Shown piece after piece: positions 56,879-64,000 of a DNA stretch of 64,000 nt. Within the stretch, counting starts at the first letter, position 1; each line of letters begins with the position of its first letter. The notes under the pieces are model-generated. The model was not told the origin of the DNA, did not search any database, and saw only the letters and a list, made by a program, of their open reading frames with translations. Both the position numbers and the translations under genes were made by a program. The DNA comes from Mayamaea pseudoterrestris (lineage: Eukaryota): positions 62,001 through 126,000 of the forward strand of contig BROI01000018.1 in assembly GCA_027923505.1 (NCBI GenBank), given 5' to 3'.

Positions 56879-58784
56879 ATGAGTGAAGCAACTTCCGATG
56901 TTGCAGTCGAAAAAGCTACCACCGAGGCTCCCGTCGACATGACTGCTGTCCAGCAAGAGGAAGCAGAAGCCGAGGCCAAGAATGTAACGGACATGCAGGA
57001 GGGTGCTGGTGAGTTGCATGATGACGGAGTGTTCGGCGAGGAGGAAGCGGAGGAGTTGGACGAGAGTGGCGCTCCCAAACGAACCGCCAAGGCCCTCGAC
57101 GACAATTGGGAGGAAGGATTCAACAAGCTACAGGTACGTTTAATTGTGTGAACTTGTTTCTCTTGTGCCCGGACCACTGCAGAGATGCTGCATTGGTTCT
57201 TGACATTGCGAATACATACTTCTCAAACACCTCTTTTGTACCCTTACAGAAGTTTAAAGCGAAACACGGTCACTGCGCGGTCCCTTCCCGATTCCCTGGA
57301 GATCCTCACCTTGGGTAAGTTGAGAGTGTTTGCTTCTTAGTATGTACAGGTCTGGTTCCAACTAACGCGAATTTGATCTTGGGGACGACTTGAACAGGAG
57401 TTGGGGTAAGTCAAAACATTGAATATGTTCACTTTGGGAAAGCGATACCAAACACTAATCCTGTCTGTGTTTAATAGTTGCCACGCAGCGCCGACAGTAT
57501 CGCATCATGGTCAGTGGGTCCGGATTATCGACTCCCATGACGGAGGAACGGGCTCGCCGCTTGGAGGCGATTGGATTCAAGTGGTCGTCCAAGGATCCTC
57601 GCCACATTCCTTGGGAGGCACGCATGGAGGAGTTAACAAACTTTGTTAAGCGCTACGGGCATGCGCAGGTTCCCATTGGATGGACGGTAAGAAAATTAGT
57701 TGGTGACGCCACCGATCGTTGCCGAGATGCACTCTTTTGGCTAACACCAAATGCTCACTCTGCTTGAAAGGAAAACGTTTCGCTAGCGAATTGGATTTCG
57801 ACGCAACGACAAGTGAGTATGGATAGTGACTTTGTTATCAGTATAGATTGAATTCGAGACTAACCATGACGCCGACAACAACAGGAATATAAATTAAAGC
57901 TGAAGGGACGAAGCAATCGACTAACTGAAGAGCGCATGCAAATGCTTAACGACGTTGGCTTCATTTGGGAAGCGCAACGCGGCGGGCCTCGCCGCTTGAA
58001 GAAAGCCCGCGTGAGCGTTCCCGCTCGTGCAACTCCAAAGCCTCCTTCGCGCACGCGAGGTGGTCGAGGAGGCGCTGATCCGGCAACTATGCCAAAGTCG
58101 GATATGCAGGGCCTTGCTTCCTCGGACGCGGTCGTCAGTCGGATGCAAGACGCCGCCAACGCACTCAATGGCTCGGTTCCAGGTGCTGGACAACCGACCA
58201 ACGATGCCACTCTGCAGCTCCTTATCAACCAGCAGCAGGCCCTCTTGGAGTCGCAGCGCCGCAATGCGGCTCTCTTGACGGCCATGCAGCCGCAACTTGG
58301 CATGCAGGGCATGAATCCAATGGGTGGCATGGGAGGTGCTCAATTCGGCATGCCTGGTATGCCCGGTTCCTTTTTGATGCCGCAGCAGTTTGCGCAGATG
58401 CCGATACTTTACACGGCGAACGGCATGCCTTTTCAGCTTCAGCCGTTGGGGTCGAATAATCCGTTCTCGCCGACCGCCGGAGGAATGCCGCAAAATATTT
58501 TCTCCAACATGCCGATGCCAATGCTTGATCCAAGCCAGCAAATGGCAGCAATTCCGCAGCAGCCCACGGCTGCATCGGATCCTCAGAACCAGGCTGCGTT
58601 GCTCCAAGGCACACAGGGAGCGACCGCTGGCGGTGCTGGTGCGCCTTCTCCACTTGTTGCCGCGCAGCAGGCACCGGCGATTCTTCCCAAGCCTCGACCA
58701 ACGCCGCCATCCGCCCCCGCGGAACCGGACGATAAAGAAGATGAGGATGGGTATGGCGATGAGGATGACGAAGGTGATGATTAG
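56879..58784 (+). CDS. Three helicase-associated (HA) domains + Q/M/P-rich tail. Exons 56879-57133, 57250-57314, 57398-57405, 57478-57686, 57771-57812, 57885-58784
   Basis: WEEGFNKL..FK.KHGHC.VP...LGSWVATQRRQY...ER..RLE.IGF.W, repeated (two complete HA repeats at least). All junctions are GT-AG and in phase. Confidence 0.85.
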
Positions 58785-59457
58785 TCAAGTGATTGGTTTG
58801 GGGAATTATTTGTTCGATGGTTTTGCGTTTGCATGAGTTAGTCAGTATGTCAGCAGCCTTAAAGAGATTCATTAACAGTAAACGCAAATTATATGTCAGT
58901 TTTGACATTGATTCATATTCTAGTTTCTCGCCGACGAATATGCTGTGCGTGGAGATGGCGCGTTGGCAGTGGTAACGTACAAGTAGCTACTCGAGTAAGA
59001 ACTGGTGCGACAATCAATTTCAGCCGCTCGGTGCAGATCCCATGCGTTCGTTCCGCGAAACGAAACGCAAAGGACTTTTCAGTTTTGCTTGACGAGTTGC
59101 AAGAATAAACACACGAGCAAGCAAGATTGAAGTGTTGCCATCGCCAACTAGTAGTCATCTCTGTTAATAGTCCTTTGCGTTACGAAGTATCCTTTGTGTC
59201 CTCAGCCAATTAACTGCCGACATTCGCGTAAGTGTTATCACACATACCAGCGCGAGCTCACCCGGTCGTCGCTCCTGTCGCCGCTGTTAATTCCTGGCTG
59301 TGTACGGATTACTCATTAAATGAACCATTCGTATACTGTACTGATTGAATGAACCATTAGTATACTTTGATTGGCGAAATACACTGTTTAATACTCATCA
59401 TTGCATAAACGGCTTCTTTACAACCTCTCCAGACGAGCTTTGTTTTCAGCATTCAGC

Positions 59458-60953
59458 ATGACGAATGATGACGAGAACGAGCTGGCATCCACCAAGGCTG
59501 AAGACTCGGTTGCGCTCCTTGATACTGACGAAGAACCAGCACAAGGAACTGTCGGCGAGATTGACAATGAAGATGACCTGCACCAGAATTTAGACAACAA
59601 ATGGAACGATGCGTTCGCTCGGTTACTACTGTACATTGAGAAGCATGGAGACGCCTTGGTTCCAAATCGATACCAGGGGGATCCGCATCTCGGCAGCTGG
59701 GTTTCAACGCAACGCAGGCAGCACCGTCAATTATTAGAAGGCAAGGGGACTCCAATGACACAGGCACGAGCACGAAAGTTGGAGGAGGTGGGCTTTCAGT
59801 GGACGACTCGCGATCCTCGCCATGTTCCTTGGAGCAAGCGCTACGAAGAACTTCAAGAATTCAAACAGAGATTCGGAGTAAGCAAAGGAAATCTAATGAC
59901 TGTTCGGAAAGGATGATCATCTCTGCTCACGTTAACATTCTCTTTACTACTTGCAGCATGCACAAGTACCAATTGGTTGGAAGGTAAGCTGAACACAACA
60001 TCCGACATTACGTCTTCTTGCTCGCTGTAGATTTGATTAGCACTCACGACATCATCATCACCCTTTTCACTCTCACTCAGGAAAATGTGCCGCTCAGCAA
60101 CTGGATTTCTACGCAGCGACAAGTGAGTATGGATAGTGACTTTATCATCAGTACATTTTGACAATTGAGACTCACCGTGACGCAACGATGACAACAGGAG
60201 TATAAATTAAAACTCAAGGGTCGTAACTCACGCTTGACCCAGGAACGGATTGACTTACTCAACAAGGTTGACTTTGTTTGGGAGGCTCAACGCGGCGGGC
60301 CACGTCGGCAGGAGCGAGCGACAGTCAGTGTCCCGGCGCAAGCACATCCAGCCCAAGCCCGGAACAAGACACCAAAGGTTGATTACGCGCAAATGATGAC
60401 AGGCGCCCAGCAGTTTATGATGCCTGGAGGCTTCTCCATGATGCCATTTGCCATGCCACCAGGCATGATGATGCCAGCAATGCCACATCCTGCGCAAGCC
60501 AACGAAGCGACGAAAGACAAGAAGGATGGCGAAGAAATGGCAACAGATGGAAAGGAAGAAGGAGATACAAAGGTGGACGATGCGAGCGCCAGTGCGAGCA
60601 AATATCCATACTACAACCCACACATGATGATGAACCCCCAGATGATGGCTGCGATGGGCTGGCCTATGATGCCGCCCGGGACGTCTTCATCAAGCCAGCC
60701 GATGGCAATCGGCTTTTTCCCAATGGCTGCGCCATACATGATGGGCTGGCCGCAGGCGACGCCAGCGGCTACGACCACTCCGAGTGGAAACGTTGGCACC
60801 ATCGAGACGAAGCGGAAAGCCGAGGTGGAGATAGACACAGAAGCAGCAAAAAAAGCAAAGACAGAAGACGCTGGAGTCAAAGACAACAAGGAAGAAAACC
60901 TTATCGAGGCGCCTGCTGTCAGTGAGAATTTGGACCAGGAGGCTACTGTTTAG
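59458..60953 (+). CDS. Tandem paralog, HA-domain protein. Exons 59458-59877, 59957-59983, 60081-60122, 60198-60953
   Basis: WNDAF.RL..Y..KHGD..VP..Y..DPHLGSWVSTQRRQ; FVWEAQRGGPRR shared with the neighbour; M/P-rich tail. Confidence 0.85.
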
Positions 60954-61202
60954 TGCGGCTGGCCACGTTGGAGCTGGTGCGGAAATGATTACATGATGTA
61001 GCCGCCCTTAATCCGTATTCGTTTGATATTGCGAGACAGTGCATAGCGAAAGGTGTGTATGTGATACATAGTGATCGGGTGATGGCCTTGCTTCTACTTC
61101 TGCGACTTTGTATATCGTATTTAAGTACGCCCACAACTGTACTTTATATAAGTTGAAGGAGTTCAAATTAACCTTAAGCTATCGTAGTTCCGTAAAGCAT
61201 TA

Positions 61203-64000
61203 TTAGTTCTTGCATTCGTCAACAACTTTGCAGCATTTGTCGCACTGCTTCGTGCCGACAGCCCATGGTTCAGGCGCGCATCCACCCTTGGATTCACCCT
61301 CGTAGCATAAGTAGGGCGCTCCTCCACCAATTGGGCATAAATTCATCTTCGACTGACAAATATCCTTTTCGCAAATGGGGCAACTGTCACTATCGTCCTC
61401 TTCATCAGATTTGGATGAATGGCCACTGCTGTCTTTGTCCACCGAAAGCGCAATCGGATGTTCCTTGCAGGCGCTTATTTCGCAACATGACGAACACTGG
61501 CCATGCAAATCCCAAGGCACCGACGAGCAGCCTCCTCTGCTTGATCCGCCAGTGCAAACATACGTCTTCAAGTAGCGAGGGCAGCGATTCAAGAGTTCGT
61601 TCTGGCATTCCGACTCGGTACATGCTCCACATTGAGGAGTTTCTGCCGTCACCGAATCATCGTTAGCCTCTGCCGGATCGCAAGCACCGCATTCGTGGGG
61701 GTTCTCAATGCCTGCAACTTGACCACATGCCTCCGTTTCTGACTTTCCTTCTTGCCAAATGAGCCATTGTATTCTCTGACGGCACGAGTACAGACCAGCA
61801 ATGGTGTCCAGCACAAAATCGGTACAGCTCGCGGGCCTTCCGCAATCCGTCAAGGTAAATTCCGACGGCGGCTTAGGCTCATCTCCCAAATCGTTTCCTC
61901 TGTTCCGGTTGAGTTCAAGAGGCGTAACCGCTGGACGTGTGGCAATGTACCACAGTGTGTTTGTGAGCGAGTGACCATCACCTGCAGGGCCTTTGAAGGC
62001 TTCGGCCGGCATCATTTCCGTCTTGTTCAGAGCCAGCTTCTGATGCCCTGCCGTTGCAAGAATTGCCTGGACACCAACTCCCCAACCAGTCTCGGTACAT
62101 CCTTCATTGTCATAACAGCTGTCGGACAACGAATGATACATCATCTTCGCCCATTCAGCGCCGTCACGCGCCTCTGAAATAGCTGTGATAGGCATGAGCT
62201 GAATTCCATATGCAAGGTACGGAGCGCTTCCAAACCATGTTTGGAACTGTGTCATCGTTTGCCAAAGCATACCGACAGCAAATTCCACGTAGTTCTGGGG
62301 ATAGATCTTGATATTGTCGTTTCCTCCTCTAATGATATGCCAATACATTTTGGTCGATCGAAGCTCGGTCGCAGTCGCGACCAAGCCAGCCGCATACACT
62401 TCACGCGCGGCGCTCGTCAGCTTTGAATCATGGGCCTCTTCCCCGACAGCAATCATGACTTTACCGTAGAGGGCGACGCCTTCGTACGCAGCAACAGCCT
62501 CGCTAGATGACTCTTGATTCTTGCCGTTCAGGTAGAGCATAGCAATACCACTCGCCCATGAATTGCCTTGATACCAGTCCTTTTGTCGCCAGCTTGGGAA
62601 AAAATCGTCATCATCCGACGGATTGGCAATGTCTCGGATAAGAAGGAGAACATCCTCGAAGTGCTCACGTGCCCAATCATGGTCGAAATGCGAAAGGATC
62701 GCGGCAGCATAAATCATGTACCCGTAATGAAAATGATGATCGTTGTAGAAGCCTGCGAAGGTGTGCCAAATCGATGAGACAGATCTGTCGCATACAAAAT
62801 GTATCGCGCAATAATAAACTTACCGTTACCAAAATCAAGACCAGGATCCGTAAATGTCGGACAGTTGGGAAAGCGATTTCTACAGTCTCTGGTTGATTCG
62901 TCAAAGTCACAGCCGCAACTCACGAGGCCACCCCACTCCGAATCATACACAAAGGGTGTGATGGCACTTCCATTGACCCAAATTTCCACTGCGCTACGTA
63001 GCTCAGACACAGCATTGTCCATGTCCTTCGATGATGGCAGCGAAATGCGGTTGCAAACGTCTGAATAAAGAGCATTTTTCCCGTTGCATATCTCGATTGT
63101 TTCTTCGGCTATTGCGAGAATGCGCCCAAGCTTGGCAAGGCGCTTGCCTGAAAAGTACGTGTCGCCGGCACCCTTTTTGTAGTACTTGGGAAGTGTGAAT
63201 TGAATGTCATCCTTTAAACTGTCCGCCAAGGACTCCATCGCCCAAGGCGCCGGTGGTCGAATGGCTCGCATGCCAATATCAGGTACATCTTCGTCGATTT
63301 CCCATTTCGCCCCACGAGTGAGACAGGCAGGCCCAATCATTGAATGCACGCAATAAATTTGAGAGTCAAATTTCGGCATGGTTTCGAACAAGTCGTAATG
63401 ATGGGGCAAGGCGAACGTAATAAGCTGACTGTTACTCACATCAGCGTCATCATGATCCGGCGACATGCGCTGCACATCCCAGTCAAATGTCAAGGCAATC
63501 TTGTCCTTGCTTTCGTCCACGGCGTAGCTAAATTTGGCGTCAGGTCCAGGATAGTAGTTGGAATGGTTTCGGAGAATGTCGCCATACAACCCTTGGCCGA
63601 GCATGAGAGCGCTCGGGTGCATCAATTCCTGATGACAGTAAATAGGGTTGCCGCCGGTACTGCAGGACTTGAGCCACGCGACACGCACCACAAGTGGCTT
63701 TGTCTTGAAATCATCACGTGCGTCGACCGTTCCCACCACCTGCAAGCTGAACCCAGATTCCTTACTGGAGACGCACCGAACATTGACAGGCTCTGAAAAG
63801 AAAGCCAACCATGAAAAGTCGCTCTCCGAAATAAGCATTTCGACTTCTCTTTCTACACGAAACGTTTTTGAATCGTCGCACTTGATTTTGTGTTGATCAA
63901 CAATGGGATCGGCGGCCAGAGACTTGATCGAGTTGATGGTGGGACGAATGTGCTTGCCGTCCTTAGTCTTGGCTTCAATGGCATCATATACCATGGTAAC
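61203..64000 (-). CDS. GH81 endo-1,3-beta-glucanase with Cys-rich C-terminal modules (5' end outside window); intron 62753-62823
   Basis: DTYFSGK.LAK, FVYD..WGG, spliced DFGNGFYNDHHFHYGYMIY, KDWY.G.SWASG, NQESSSEA. Confidence 0.92.

Noticed and set aside
57921..58908. Long antisense ORFs over the HA gene tail (and similar shadows elsewhere)
   Set aside because: Shadow frames of GC-rich coding sequence.

Overview
Gene-dense eukaryotic nuclear DNA, almost certainly a diatom. Evidence: short GT-AG introns, bipartite signal peptide + 'ASAF' plastid-targeting presequences, HA-domain and diatom-type GH81 genes. About 29 protein-coding genes are supported, including a JmjC demethylase, lycopene cyclase, class 1A DHODH, ArfGAP, RINGv-MYND protein, P450 reductase, SP-RING SUMO ligase, elongase, two PDI-like paralogs, plastid TPT, eEFSec, rhomboid, NAA30, SLC35B, two HA-domain paralogs and a GH81 glucanase. 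The most unusual content is non-coding. (1) A 6.4-kb array of ~347-bp units (28857-35272) is an ancient dimer of ~170/177-bp monomers; each monomer carries a long palindrome, and the two palindrome types differ by three mutually compensating substitution pairs. The array lies between two paralogous genes sharing an unrecognised N-terminal domain. (2) A second island (54515-55690) holds 169-bp and 176-bp repeats with the same one-palindrome-per-monomer design. The main array shows CpG-decay variants, as does a gene relic beside the second island. All calls come from reading motifs by eye; no searches were run.
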